From Felis catus (Eukaryota): a stretch of 64,000 nt of DNA. Both the position numbers and the translations under genes were made by a program. The stretch lies in assembly GCF_018350175.1 (NCBI RefSeq), contig NC_058368.1, positions 41,046,001-41,110,000 on the forward strand, in the 5' to 3' direction. Under the pieces are notes generated by a model. That model saw only the letters and a program-made list of their open reading frames with translations. It ran no database searches and was not told the origin of the DNA. Below are positions 1 to 13,750 of this stretch, in pieces; positions within the stretch are counted from its first letter, which is position 1, and each line of letters begins with the position of its first letter.

Positions 1-140
1 CTCAGTTGGTTAAGCGTCCAACTCCTGATTTTTGCTCAGGTCATGATCTCGAGGTTGGTGAGATCCGACCCTGTATTGTCAGCATGGAGCCTTCTTGGGA
101 TTCTCTCTCTCCCTCTCTCTCTGCCCCTCCCCCACTCTTA

Positions 141-183
<43 letters not shown>

Positions 184-254
184 CTTTTCTCTGTCACTCT
201 CTTTCTCTGTCTCTCTCTGTCTCTCCCTCAAAATGAATAAACATTTTTAAAAAA
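1..254 (+). mobile_element. Can-SINE (cut by window edge)
   Basis: tRNA-like head ctcagttggttaagcgtcc, (CT)n, AATAAA tail. Confidence 0.92.
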
Positions 255-660
255 TTATAATTATGTTAAGTGCATTGTTTCTTTATGTACAGATATAAGG
301 GAAGGGGAGAACAGGTGAAGAGAAAAATATATAAAATTTGCTAAATTCATATTGTTATAAAAACCTGATGCTTCGTTGTGCCCATTGTGTTAAAAATGAT
401 AGGAAAATGAGAAAAAAAATAGATTAGCTACAGAGGAAGGCTAGATGTTACTTAGAATTTTGCTTGATGATAGTAATAATGAAAGGAATGATATGGCAAA
501 GAGGTAGATTCAAATCTGAAGAATTTACATAAAAATAAGGAAAATATAAATTAATAATTGATCTGGACAGGAGAAAGTTCAAATATTGAAAACACTAAGT
601 AGATCAATCCAAGCAAGGGCTCAGTTTCAGGAAATCCAAGTAAAGGCCAGGAAAGGATAC

Positions 661-1132
661 ATAGATCAACTCAATCCACAGATCAACTCAATCCAGATCA
701 GAGATAATTAATCATTTGAGATAAGGAGCTCCACCTAAATGTTGGGGTGTAGACAGTTTGGATAAGAAAATGGAAGCATAAATAACAAAAGCTTGATAAT
801 GAGCTAAACTTTTAAGAAATCTTGACATATACCTTCTTCCCAATGTTAAAATTGGTTTCAAAATCAGATAGCACTGAGCATATAAGTGAATGTTCACAGT
901 GAAATCCATAGGAAGAATGGAGGAAGACAATTTTTAAGAGAAGCAAGGGATTACCATTTATATGTCAAGGCTTTAATACATAATCTGTGATTGGAATTTG
1001 GAAATTATAGTTGAGCAGAATATGGACACATAGACTGGAGGCAGGAAAATTAGATTTTGTGTTCTTTGGCAATGTACAAAACACCTCCTGAGTGATGACA
1101 TAGAGAATGGACTTATGTTTTCCTTATACAAT
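661..1132 (-). pseudogene. Three exon remnants of the CFAP54-like pseudogene left of L1 #1 (1030-1132, 833-~930, ~661-734)
   Basis: Donor AAG|GTATAT (AC at 831-832) and acceptor catttag (CT at 735-736) define a 98-nt intron. Peptides LYKENISPFSMSSLRRCFVHC and NIHLYAQCYLILKPILTLG. Confidence 0.45.
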
Positions 1133-1134
1133 CT

Positions 1135-4100
1135 TTGTTTTTGTTTTTTTTTCAATATATGAAATTTATTGTCAAATTGGTTTCCATAAAACACTCAGTG
1201 CTCATCCCAAAATGTGCCCTCCTCAATACCATCACCCACCCTCCCCTCCCTCCCACCCCCCATCAACCCTCAGTTTGTTCTCAGTTTTTAAAAGTCTCTT
1301 ATGCTTTGGCTCTCTCTCGCTCTAATCTCTTTTTTTTTTTCCTTCCCCTCCCCCATGAGTTTCTGTTAAGTTTCTCAGGATCCACTTAAGAGTGAAACCA
1401 TATGGTATCTGTCTTTCTCTGTATGGCTTATTTCACTTAGCATCACACTCTCCAGTTCCATCCACGTTGCTACAAAGGGCCATATTTCATTCTTTCTCAT
1501 TGCCACGTAGTACTTCGTTGTGTATATAAACCACAATTTCTTTATCCATTCATCAGTTGATGGACATTTAGGCTCTTTCTATAATTTGGTTTTGTTGAGA
1601 GTGCTGCTATAAACACTGGGGTACAAGTGCCCCTATGCATCAGTACTCCTGTATCCCTTGGATAAGTTCCTAGTAGTGCTACTGCTGGGTCATAGGGTAG
1701 GTCTATTTTTAATTTTTTGAGGAACCTCCACACTGCTTTCCAGAGTGGCTGCACCACTTTGCATTCCCACCAACAGTGGAAGAGGGTTCCCGTTTCTCCA
1801 CATCCTCCCCAGCATCTATAGTCTCCTGATTTGTTCATTTTGGCCACTCTGACTGGCATGAGGTGATATCTGAGTGTGGTTTTGATTTCTATTTCCCTGA
1901 TGAGGAGTGACGTTGAGCATCTTTTCATGTGCCTGTTGGCCTTCTGGATGTCTACTTTAGAGAAGTGTCTATTCATGTTTTCTGCCCATTTCTTCACTGG
2001 GTTATTTGTTTTTCCGGTGTGGAGTTTGGTGAGCTCTTTATAGATTTTGAATACTAGCCCTTTGTCCAATATGTCATTTGCAAATATCTTTTCCCATTCT
2101 GTTGGTTGCCTTTTAGTTTTGTTGGTTGTTTCCTTCGCTGTGCAGAACTTTTTTATCTTCATGAGGTCCCAAGAGTACATTTTTGCTTTTAATTCCCTTG
2201 CCTTTGGGGATGTGTCGAGTAAGAGATTGCTACGGCTGAGGTCAGAGAGGTCTTTTCCTGCTTTTTCCTCTAGGGTTTGGATGGTTTCCTGTCTCACATT
2301 CAGGTCCTTTATCCATTTTGAGGTTATTTTTGTGAATGGTGTGAGAAAGTGGTCTAGTTTCAACCTTCTGCATGTTGCTGTCTAGTTCTCCCAGCACCAT
2401 TTGTTAAAGAGACTGTCTTTTTTCCATTGGATGTTCTTTCCTGCTTTGTCAAAGATGAGTTGGCTATACTTTTGTGGGTCTAGTTCTGGGGTTTCTATTC
2501 TATTCCATTGGTCTATGTGTCTGTTTTTGTGCCAATACCATGCTGTCTTGATGATGACAGCTTTGTAGTAGAGGCTAAAGTCTGGGATTGTGATGCCTCC
2601 TGCTTTGGTCTTCTTCTTCAAAATTACTTTGGCTATTTGGGGCCTTTTGTGGTTCCATATGAATTTTAGGATTGCTTGTTGTAGCTTCGAGAAGAATGCT
2701 GGTGCAATTTTGACTGGGATTGCATTGAATGTGTAGATAGCTTTGGGTAGTATTGACATTTTAACAATATTTATTCTTCCAATCCATGAGCACTGAATGT
2801 TTTTCCATTTCTTTATATCTTGTTCAATTTCCTTCATAAGGTTTCTATAGTTTTCAGCATAAAGATCTTGTATATCTTTGGTTACTTTTATTCCTAGGTA
2901 TTTTATGCTTCTTGGTGCAATTGTGAATGGGATCAGTTTCTTTATTTGTCTTTCTGTTGCTTCATTCTTAGTGTATAAGAATGCAACTGATTTCTGTACA
3001 TTGATTTTGTATCCTGCAACTTTGCTGAATTCATGTATCAGTTCTAGCAGACTTTTGGTGCAGTCTGTCAGATTTTCCATGTATAATATCATGTCATCTG
3101 CAAAAAGCAAAAGCTTGACTTCATCTTTGCCAATTTTGATGCCTTCGATTTCCTTTTGCTGTCTGATTGCTGATGCTCGGACTTCCAACACTATGTTAAA
3201 CAACAGCGGTGAGAGTGGACATCCCTGTCGTGTTCCTGATCTCAGGGAAAAAGCTCTCAGTTTTTCCCCATTGAGGATGATGTTAGCTGTGGGCTTTTCA
3301 TAAATGGCTTTTATGATCTTTAAGTATGTTCCTTCTGTCCCGACTTTCTCGAGGGTTTTTATTAAGAAACGTTGCTGAATTTTGTCAAAGGCCTTTTCTG
3401 CATCTATTGACAGGATCATATGGTTCTTATCTTTTCTTGTATTAATGTGATGTATCACGTTGATTGATTTGCGAATGTTGAACCAGCCCTGCATCCCAGG
3501 AATGAATCTCACTTGATCATGGTGAATAATTCTTTTTATATGCTGTTGAATTCGATTTGCTAGTATCTTATTGAGAATTTTGCATCCATATTCATCAGGG
3601 ATATTGGCCTGTAGTTCTCTTTTTTTACTGGGTCTCTGTCTGGTTTAGGAATCAAAGTAATACTGGCTTCATAGAATGAGTCTGGAAGTTTTCCTTCCCT
3701 TTCTATTTTTTGGGAATAGCTTGAGAAGGATAGATATTATCTCTGCTTTAAACATCTGTTAGAACTCCCCAGGGAAGCCATCTGGTCCTGGACTCTTATT
3801 TGTTGGGAGATTTTTGATGACTGATCAATTTCTTTGCTGGTTATGAGTCTCTTCAAGTTTTCTATTTCCTCCTGATTGAATTTTGAAAGCATGTGGGTGT
3901 TTAGGAATTTGTCCATTTCTTCAGGTTGTCCAGTTTGTTGGCATATAATTTTTCATAGTATTCCCTGATAATTGCTTGTATCTCTGAGGGATTGGTTGTA
4001 ATAATTCCATTTTCATTCATGATTTTATCTATTTGGGTCATCTCCCTTTTCTTTTTGAGAAGACTGGCTAGAAGTTTATCAATTTTGTTCATTTTTTCAA

Positions 4101-6986
4101 AAAACCAACTCTTGGTTTCATTGATCTGCTCTACAATTTTTTTTAGATTCTATATTGTTTATTTCTGCTCTGATCTTTATTATTTCTCTTCTTCTGCAGG
4201 GTTTAGGCTGTCTTTGCTGTTCTGCTTCTATTTCCTTTAGGTGTGCTGTTAGATTTTGTGTTTGGGAGTTTTCTTGTTCTTGAGATAGGCCTGGATTGCA
4301 ATGTATTTTCCTCTCAGGACTGCCTTTGCTGCATCCCAAAGCATTTGGATTGTTGTATTTTCATTTTTGTTTGTTTCCATATATTTTTAAATTTCTTCTC
4401 TAATTGCCTGGTTGACCCACTCATTCTTTAGTAGGGTGTTCTTTAACCTCCATGCTTTTGGAGGTTTTCTAGACTTTTTCCTGTGGTTGATTTCAAGCTT
4501 CATAGCATTGTGGTCTGAAAGTATGCATGGTATGATTTCAATTCTTGTATACTTATGAAGGGCTGTTTTGTGACCCAGTATGTGATCTGTCTTGGAGAAT
4601 GTTCCATGTGCACCCGAGAAGAAAGTATATTCTGTTCCTTTGGGATTCAGAGTTCTAAATATATCTGTCAAGTCCACTTGATCCAATGTATCATTCAAGG
4701 CCCTTGTTTCTTTATTGACCGTGTGTCTAGATGATCTATCCATTTCTGTAAGTGGAGTGTTAAAGTCCCCTGCAATTACCACATTCTTATCAATAAGGTT
4801 GCTTATGTTTGTGAGTAATTGTTTTATATATTTTGGGGCTCCGTATTCGGCGCATAGACATTTATAATTGTTAACTCTTCCTGATGGATAGACCCTGTAA
4901 TTATTATATAATGTCCTTCTTCATCTCTTGTTACAGCCTTTAATTTAAAGTCTAGTTTGTCTGATGTAAGTATAGCTACTCCAGCTTTCTTTTGACTTCT
5001 AGTAGCGTGATGAATAGTTCTCCATCCCCTCACTTTCAATCTAAAGGTGTCCTCAGGTCTAAAATGAGTCTCTTGTAGACAGCAAATAGAGGGGTCTTGT
5101 TTTTTTATCCATTCTCATACCTTATGTCTTTTGGTTGGCGCATTTAGTCCATTACGTTCAGTGTTATTATAGAAAGATATGGGTTTAGAGTCATTTTGAT
5201 GTCTGTGGGTTTCATGCTTGTAGCAATGTCTCTGGTACTTTGTCTCACAGGATCCCCCTTAGGATCTCTTGTAGGGCTGGTTTAGTGGTGATGAATTCCT
5301 TCAGGTTTTGTTTGTTTGGGAAGACCTTTATCTCTCCTTCTATTCTAAATGAGAGACTTGCTGGATAAAGGATTCTCGGCTGCATATTTTTTCTGTTCAT
5401 CACATTGAAGATCTCCTGCCATTCCTTTCTGGCCTGCCAAGTTTCATTAGAGAGATTGGTCACGAGTTATAGGTCTCCCTTTATATGTTAGAGCACGTTT
5501 ATCCCTAGCTGCTTTCACAATTTTCTCTTTATCCTTATATTTTGCCAGTTTCAGTGATATGTCATGCAGAAGATTGATTCAAGTTACATCTGAAGGGATT
5601 TCTCTGTGCCTCTGGATTTCAATGCCTTTTTCCTTCCCCAGATCAGGGAAGTTCTCAGCTATTATTTTTCAAGTACCCCTTCAGCACCTTTCCCTCTCTC
5701 TTCCTCCTCTGGAATACCAATTATGCGTATTTTATTTCTTTTTAGTACATCACTTAGTTCTCTAATTTTCCCCTCATACTCCTGGATATTTTTATCTCTC
5801 TTTTTCTCAGCTTCTTCTTTTTCCATAATTTTATCTTCTAGTTCACCTATTCTCTCCTCTGCCTCTTCAGTTTGAGCCGTGGTTGTCTCCATTTATTTTG
5901 CAGCTCATTAAAAGCATATTTTAGCTCTTCCTGGTTGTTCCTTTGTACTGTTTTCAAGCCCAGCGATTAATTTTATGACTATTATTCTAAATTCACTTTC
6001 TGTTACATTGTTTAAATCATTTTTGATCAGTTCGTTAGTTGTTATTTCCTGGACGTTTTTCTGAGGGGAATTCTTCCGTTTCGTCATTTTGGATAGTCCC
6101 TGGAGTGGTGCGGGACTGCGGGGCATTTCCCCTGAGCTGTCTTGAATAACTCGAGTTGGTCTGCAGGGCTGCAGTCAGACCTGATGTCTGCCCCCAGCCC
6201 ACTGCTGTGGCCACAGTCAGACTGGTGTGTGCCTTCTCTTCCCCTCTCCTAGGGGCAGGATTCACTGTGGGGTGGCGTGGCCAGTTTGGGCTACTTGCAC
6301 ATTACTAGGCTTGTGGTGCTGGGGATCTGGTGTATTAGCCGGGATGGATCGGCAAGGTGCACAGGGGCGGGAGGGGCAGGCTCAGCTTGCTTTTCCTTCA
6401 GAGATCTGCTTGGGGAGGGGCCCTGTGGCACCAGGAGGGAGTGAGACCAGCCTGAGGGATGGATCCCCAGAAGCACAGCATTGGGTGTTCCTGAGGTGCA
6501 AGCAAGTTCCCTGGCAGGAACTGGTTCCCTTTGGGATTTTGGCTGGGGAATGGGCGAGGGAGATGGCGCTGGCCAGCGCCTTTGTTCCCTGCCAAGCTGA
6601 GCTCTGTCATCCAGGGCTCAACAACTCTCCCTCCCGTTGTCCTCCAGCCCTCCCGTTCTCTGAGCAGAACTGTTAGCTTATAACCTTCCAGATGTCAAGT
6701 CCCGCTTGCTGTCAGAACACACTCTGTCCGGCACCTCCGCTTTTGCAAGCCAGACTCTGGGCTCTGCTTGGCTGGCGGGCTGCCCCTCCCCCCCCCGCCA
6801 GTCCTTGGAGCTCGCAGGCCTCTCCGCCCTTCCTACCCTCTTTCGTGGGCCTCTCGTCTGCGCTTGGCTCCAGAGACTCGTTCTGCTAGTCTTCTGGTGA
6901 TTTTCTGGGTTATTTAGGCAGGTGTGGGTGGAATCTAAGTGACCTGCAGGACGCAGTGAGCTCAGCGTCCTCCTACCCCGCCATCT
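1135..6986 (-). mobile_element. Near full-length LINE-1 (carnivore/felid type), ORF1 and ORF2 disrupted
   Basis: Poly(A) tail seen as a T-run at 1135-1152. ORF2 pieces with EN (GDFN, SDH) and RT (LFADD) motifs, ORF1 pieces, and a GC-rich 5'UTR ending ccgccatct. Several frameshifts, and a ~40-bp ORF1 deletion near 5940 relative to copy 2. No TSD visible. Confidence 0.97.
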
Positions 6987-7712
6987 GATTTGTCCTTGGG
7001 TGAAACATTTTTCCTCCTAGATTGCAGAGTAGAGAGGAAACTGGCTCTCACTTCATAGTTCACCTCTATTTCTTCTGCTCAAAAGACATTTTGGTATGGG
7101 ATATTATGCCAATTACAGCCACATTAAAACTGGGTATATCCACGCCACGATGCCAGCGTGCTGCGTTCAGGCCCTGGTGGCTGCCCAGCCTCCACCCCCT
7201 GCCTGTCTGCAGCTGCCAGCCGGAAGCACCAAGACTGCTGTTTCCTCCTTATAGAATCTGTGCAATATGTAAGTCAAGTAATGTATCCAGGTACCTATCA
7301 CAGTGGCGACAACATAGTAAACATTTAAAATGCAAGTTTCCTTTAGTTAACATTACTTTTACCTGTGTTTTTACATGCTATGTAAAATATTAAACAAATA
7401 TACACATATAAAGAATGATGGTACCAGATAAAATTTTCATAAAATAATGAGGTATCTGAAATATTAAAAAAAGTCTTTTAAAAATATTTACAGTATTATC
7501 CTAAAGATATAAAATACAAATTAATATACTGAAGATATAAATATATATATTTACTTATCTTGTACTTCATATATATAAATATATATGTACTTATATTGTG
7601 TATATATATGTATATATACATATATCTCATATGTAGATAATCTTACAAAAATTCAAAAAAATAAATTTGAAGTATGTCCATGGACATTAATATGAATGTT
7701 GTATAATCCTAC

Positions 7713-7918
7713 CGGAACATGAGATGGTAGCATTATTTCATAGTGTAATATTGGTGTCTAAAATCTTGTTCTTCAGACCCGATGCTGGATTCAGACGCAG
7801 GTCTTTCATCCTTGAATGTGGAGGATTCTTTTGAGAATTTTGGTAGAATGTTACCAGGTGGCAAAAGTATCAGCTAATATAAGATTCTTCATAATTTCTT
7901 TAACAATCAAAGAAGTCC
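7713..7918 (-). pseudogene. 206-bp exon of the CFAP54-like pseudogene
   Basis: Acceptor ctatttcag, donor CG|GTAGGA. All three frames have stops. Fragments LILADTFATW*HSTKILKRI and SGLKNKILDTNI. Confidence 0.55.
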
Positions 7919-8299
7919 CTGAAATAGCGTCAATTTGTTCTACAATTTATTTTATATCAGTAATAGCATGGCCTCTCTCCCTCTCTTTCGCTCTATTTCC
8001 CCTTATTCTCTGTCACTTCTCTCTCTTTCAGCGAGATAAAAACAAGATGATCTTCCTTGAAGTGTTGTATTGTCTTATCTTGTCATATTTTAAGGACTCT
8101 TAGAATTTTTCTTTTAATTCATGTGGATACCATATGAATAAGCATCGTGTAGACAGAACTACCTATCTATCAGTTGGGAATGATGAGATGGAACTCTCAA
8201 TAGAGCTGGAGCTAAAATTTTAAAGCTTCATATTATTTACAGAATGAAAAATTCCCTGATTACATTTTCACCTTTTCAACTAGTTCATTTTACCATTCT

Positions 8300-8318
8300 T
8301 TTAAAAAAATGTTTATTT

Positions 8319-8372
<54 letters not shown>

Positions 8373-8537
8373 AAGTCGGGGAGGGGCATAAAGAGAGAGG
8401 GAGAAGGAGACACGATCCGAAGCAGGCTCTGTACTGACAGGAGAGAGCCCCATTCGGGGCTCTAATGCACACGCCATGAGATCATGACCTTGAGCCAAAT
8501 TTAGACATTTAACCAAATGAGCCACCCAAGCGACCCT
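8300..8537 (-). mobile_element. Can-SINE
   Basis: (GA)n, reverse head; TSD tttaccattct. Confidence 0.92.
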
Positions 8538-8781
8538 CTCTTTACCATTCTGATTATCAGTATGAATACATACAGGGATAGCAAAATAAGAGTTAATATT
8601 AAAGAGTCATAAAAAAAAAAGAGTCATGATTGTGTAGAAAAATCTCAAATGCTTTCCATCTTACAAAGTGGTAATTTCCTCTTTGGAATTAAATATGCAT
8701 TTGAACCCTCTTTCAGTCAGCTACTCTGTCGTGTATTTAAAGTTTCTTATACTGAATTGGTATATGTAAATCTTACACTTT

Positions 8782-9000
8782 AATTTTTTTTAATTTATTT
8801 TGTAATGTTTATTTATTTTTGAGAGAGAGAGAGAGAAATGGCATGAGCAGGGGAAGGGCAGAGAGAGAGAGGGAGACACAGACCGAAGCAGGTTCCAGGC
8901 TCTGGGCTATCAACAGACACAGGGCTTGAACTCACAGACTGTGAGATCATGACCTGAGCCGCAGTCAGAAGCTCAACCCACTGAGCCCCCCAGGCACTCC
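8782..9000 (-). mobile_element. Can-SINE
   Basis: TSD tgtaaatcttacacttt. Confidence 0.92.
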
Positions 9001-9774
9001 TGTAAATCTTACACTTTTAAAAAACTTTATTTTAAAAGAGAAAAGACCTAAATTTAATTTTATTGTAATACACAAGTTGATCTATGAAAAATCAAGATTT
9101 TTGGCATTTCTCTCTACAATAGGTACTCTGAAAGAGACAAAAGAAATTACATAAGCATATAAAAACAGAGCCCACCATTGAAAATCTAGTGAATATCCAG
9201 GTGATTTCAGTTTCTTCAAACTCTTACCATTTAAGTATGTCTAATTTACAATATGTGATATATATCATGAAGGATAGTAATCCAAGTAAATGTTAAAGAC
9301 ATCAAGAAATCTTAAAAGACAATCTGAAATAAAAGGATGTTAACACTTAAAAAGCAAAGGTACTGACATTTAACACTGTAATTATTTCCTGTCTATACTT
9401 CAGTGGTAAGTGGATACTTGGAGCTTACAAAAGATAGACACATGCAGTATTGTATATCGCATGTTCTCACTTTTAAAAGAAAACTTTGGAACTACTGAGT
9501 AGAAATGAAAATAAGGTGAACATTAACTTCACTAGTCATCAGGTATCCTTCTTGAGAGGTCAGGATGCTCATATGTCACTGCTGCCTAAATTAAAGTCAA
9601 GTTGAATACACTTACTAAATAGGTTGGTTATACCATTTTAGCAATTTAAAACTCATGTGTCTTCCCAGCTTTCAATATTGGAAGCACTTAATATATTTTA
9701 GAATGCTTACTGTCAGCTCTTTATTGATCTAAAAGAAAGCTTCCATTAAATTATTTATTCTAGTTTATTAAGAT

Positions 9775-10135
9775 AAAATTGAAAATAAAATGGGGATAAA
9801 TTTAAGGTGTAAGCATGATGATCTGATATACATACACATTGTAAAAGGTTTCCCATCTTTGAGTTAATGACGACATTCATCACTTCACTGCACATATTTA
9901 CCTTTTTGTTTGTTTTTTACTAAAACCACAAGTTCTCCTCTCCTAGCAAATTTCAATTATACAATACAGGATTATCAACTTTAGTTCCCATTTTATACAT
10001 TATATCCTCACACTTTATTCATTTTATAACAAAGATTGTACTCTTATGTCATCTTTTCCCTAATTCCCCCACTTTCCAGACCCTGACAACCACAACCAAG
10101 TTTCTACCATTTTGCTCTCTGTTTCTACAAATGTG
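9775..10135 (-). mobile_element. L1MA-type 3' UTR fragment
   Basis: aaatttcaattatacaatacagg and ccctgacaaccacaacc...ctctgtttctac motifs. Confidence 0.7.
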
Positions 10136-10137
10136 GC

Positions 10138-10465
<328 letters not shown>

Positions 10466-10742
10466 CAAAAATAAATAAATAAACTTTAAAATGTGAGTTA
10501 GTGTAGTAATGTCCCTTTTAAAACATTTCAGGTTTGTACTATGACATTTTTACCTTAAATGTTTATGGGTTTTTTTTTTTTTTTACTTCCTATTTTTTAT
10601 CAGAGAAACCACAGTAATTCTTATAACACCTTAGCATGAGTTTTGAATAAGGCTGAAGTACTACTTTCTAAAGACACAAAATGTCAAAGACAAACTCATT
10701 TATGCTTATTCTTCCATTTCTTTTAAAGAAGTGACTATGTAT

Positions 10743-10954
10743 GGGGCGCCTGGCTGGCTCGGTCGGTTAAGCGTCCGACTTCAGCTCCGGTCACAATCTC
10801 CTGGTCAGTGAGTTTGAGCCCCGCGTCAGGCTCTGGGCTGATGGCTCAGAGCCTGGAGCCCGTTTCTGATTCTGTGTCTCCCTCTCTCTCTGCCCCTCCC
10901 CCGTTCATGCTCTGTCTCTCTCTGTCCCCAAAATAAATAAACGTTAAAAAAAAA
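10743..10954 (+). mobile_element. Can-SINE (young felid type)
   Basis: ggggcgcctgg head; TSD aagt(g/a)act(a/g)tgtat. Confidence 0.95.
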
Positions 10955-11109
10955 GTAACTGTGTATATTACTTGTGATTTTATCCCTAATTTATTGTACT
11001 TTATACATTTTATCCTATGCTTCTGAGGAGTGTGGCATCTGCTTAAAATCATCTATTATGTTAAGTACAACATATAATGTTAGAACTGACATGATTTTTT
11101 TAAGGGCTC

Positions 11110-11470
11110 GATAACTTGACATGTCATGGCATGTTGTTCAGATTGATACATGAGAGTTACATGGTTGAACTAATATTTTCCCCTGAAATCTTGTTTTTCC
11201 TGTACTATCCAAGCATGATTCCTTCAAAATTTTTTTCATATGGCCACATCATCTTGATCACTCTATCCGTGACTTGCTTTTATTCACTAGCTGCGTATAA
11301 ATGTTGAACTCAGAATTGAAAATAATATTTCAAATCAAGTTTACAGGGACAGAGTGCAGTGGGGCACCAGTCTACATGGCCACTTGAATTCTATCAACAA
11401 TATCTCATATTAGTTTTTAGCAGCCATATCTCACTGCTAATATATTAACCTTGAAATATATTAAAATGTT
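11110..11470. mobile_element. L3/CR1 fragment
   Basis: gaattgaaaataatatttc...acagagtgcagtgggg...ttttagcagccatatctcactg resembles the L3 3' region as recalled. Confidence 0.5.
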
Positions 11471-12850
11471 TTGATATTTTTTTGTAAGCTCGTGGTAAGT
11501 CAAATCTCCACTCTTACTCGCATTGCCAATTATTTCTGACACAGATTTTTCAAATACTTCTTTAAAAAATTCCATTTTTCTTCAAGGTTCAGATGGTCAT
11601 TTTAGCAGGTCCATAATTAATTAATTTTTAATCAATGTCAGGCACTTTCCAACTACACTGGCAATTTCCAAAATATAAAGCATACCAGAATTGTCAAAAC
11701 AAACAAAAAAAAGTATCATTGATCCTTGATATAGGTTGAGAAGTTTTGTACACAATCTTTTCCCCATGTTTTAGGCAACACATCTCTCTGCTTTTGGATT
11801 ATTTTCTACGTTTTTCTTCTGAGTCATCATCATGACTAAGGTGAATATTCCCCAGTCAATAAAATCCTGAAACATCTGCCTTTTACTTATTTCTGCCTTA
11901 TTTAACAATATTTTGCCTAGGTCATTCTTTTGCACCTCATACATTAATTATCTACAAATGTTTCTATATTTTCAAATTTTTATTTAAGCAAACTTTATTA
12001 TTTCAGCTAAAAGTGAAATACCTCTTTTATCTGAAATCTTGATATTTTTGCTCTACCTGCAATTTTCTGGTATCACTAAGCCAAAAATAGGGGCATTTTC
12101 TCATTCTCAAGTGCTACTTTCTCACTTTTCTAACACCTAATTCAACAATCTGTCCTCACTCTAAATTTATACCATTTCTTATCATTTATAAACTTCTAAG
12201 AGACACATCTCCCAACATTCTTCAAGGATTTCCATTTTCAATAAAAATTGCTCATGACCCTGACTTCTCTCTACACAGTACTCTGTCACTATTTCATAAA
12301 AATTGAATACACAGATGGGAGTCTGAAAGCAACCTTGGACATGGTAACCACTCAACTCTTAAGTTTACTACTGAAGAGGAGTGCACCTAATCCCTGATTG
12401 GCCTCCGTTCTTTAATCTTTTGCTGCACCCACATTTTTTAGTCATGACTTTGCTCTCCAGTCTGATAACTAGTTTCTCTATCAGTTATCTCTTTTCTAAA
12501 CATTCTTCCAACTAATATGTACTCCGGATATATTAAATAAACTTTTCATCGATTAAATTTACTAATATCAGCACTTTAATAATTACACTTATTTTGCCAA
12601 TTCAAAATTTCATATAAATTTAAGAATCCATTTTTTCTTCTACTTTTTTTAAGGTTACTAAGCATTGAAATAAAAGGTCACCTTGCAATTATGGATTATA
12701 TTAAAAACAAACACAAAAAAATCCCTATAATTCATTCTCACTGCTTCTCCTAGGATCTGATTAATCACTTTATTCAAATCAAGTTAATTTTATTCTTCTA
12801 ATCAGAGAAAGAATTCCAAACATTTACTATCTTTCCAGAAAGGAGTGAGA

Positions 12851-13281
12851 TGAGGTTTCCAGGTAAAATAAAAGACTTCCAGCTAATTCTGAACCCAGAT
12901 AAACAACAAATAATTTTTCTTAATATAAGTACATCCCATATATTGCCCAGGAGATATATATATTATTTATATTATATATATGCCCAGGAGATATATATAT
13001 TATTTATATTATATATATTATATATATAATATATATATAATATATATATTATCTATATGTGTGTGTATAATTTTATATATAAAAACATAAAAATTATATA
13101 TAGATATAAAATTATGTGTAACATATACATGTATATAAATATAATTTCTATATAAAATATAGAAATATATAATTATATATAACATATTGCACAGACATAT
13201 ATATATATATATATTTGTTATTCATATGAACTTCAATTTAACTATGGGTCTTCTATTTTATTTCCTATATTGTCAACCTTA
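12851..13281. mobile_element. MER53-type hAT MITE with internal AT-rich expansion
   Basis: Palindromic arms cagataaacaacaaataatttt / ttgttattcatatgaacttcaatttaact. Degenerate 8-bp TSD gagtgaga/gggtggga. Confidence 0.75.
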
Positions 13282-13571
13282 GGGTGGGATAACTTAACTC
13301 TTGTCTTATCATCTCAGAAAATGAGCTCATTTTCTATTCTCTTATGAAGAACAAAATATCCCATTTTAGTATTTACCATCCTTGGTTTTTCCTTGAAATA
13401 TACTTTAGAAGGCATAGCTTTCTGTTTCTGCTAGGAATAACTACACCCTCTTCATATTTACATATTTTTAGATCTTTGCATGGCATTTGCTACTTAGCCT
13501 ATTTTGAATTTCATTCACTGTCTGTATATATACATATTTATTCTGCTTATATATGTACATGTAATATGTTT

Positions 13572-13602
13572 ATATATATATGTGTATGTATATATATATG
13601 TG

Positions 13603-13648
<46 letters not shown>

Positions 13649-13670
13649 CACATAGAGAGAGAGAGAGAGA
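13572..13670. repeat. (TA)n/(GA)n microsatellite
   Basis: Directly visible. Confidence 0.9.
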
Positions 13671-13750
13671 ATAATATTAAACAGAATAATGTTAAACTTT
13701 CTCACTAACTCACACTGAAAGTTTGTACCTCTCTGTTAATCTTAACCATC

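Noticed and set aside
6..240. SLSLSL/ERERER-type ORFs here and at 8313, 10049-10478, 33547, 40306, 44332 and 61006
   Set aside because: They are translations of Can-SINE (CT)n linkers and microsatellites.
663..700. agatcaactcaatcc direct repeat as a CRISPR-like or regulatory array
   Set aside because: Only two copies. It is a local tandem duplication in eukaryotic DNA.
2047..6900. Plus-strand ORFs over L1 #1, and likewise 47915-52561 over L1 #2
   Set aside because: They are antisense shadows of L1 ORF1, ORF2 and the 5'UTR, recurring in both copies, not independent genes.
9055..9127. Terminal exon with AATAAA on the minus strand (VPIVERNAKNLDFS*)
   Set aside because: Further exons follow at 7713-7918 and beyond, and AATAAA is common at this AT content. 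I treat it as an internal decayed exon.
10743..10830. tRNA-like sequences at SINE heads
   Set aside because: These are the tRNA-derived heads of Can-SINEs, followed by (CT)n, an A tail and a TSD. They are not tRNA genes.
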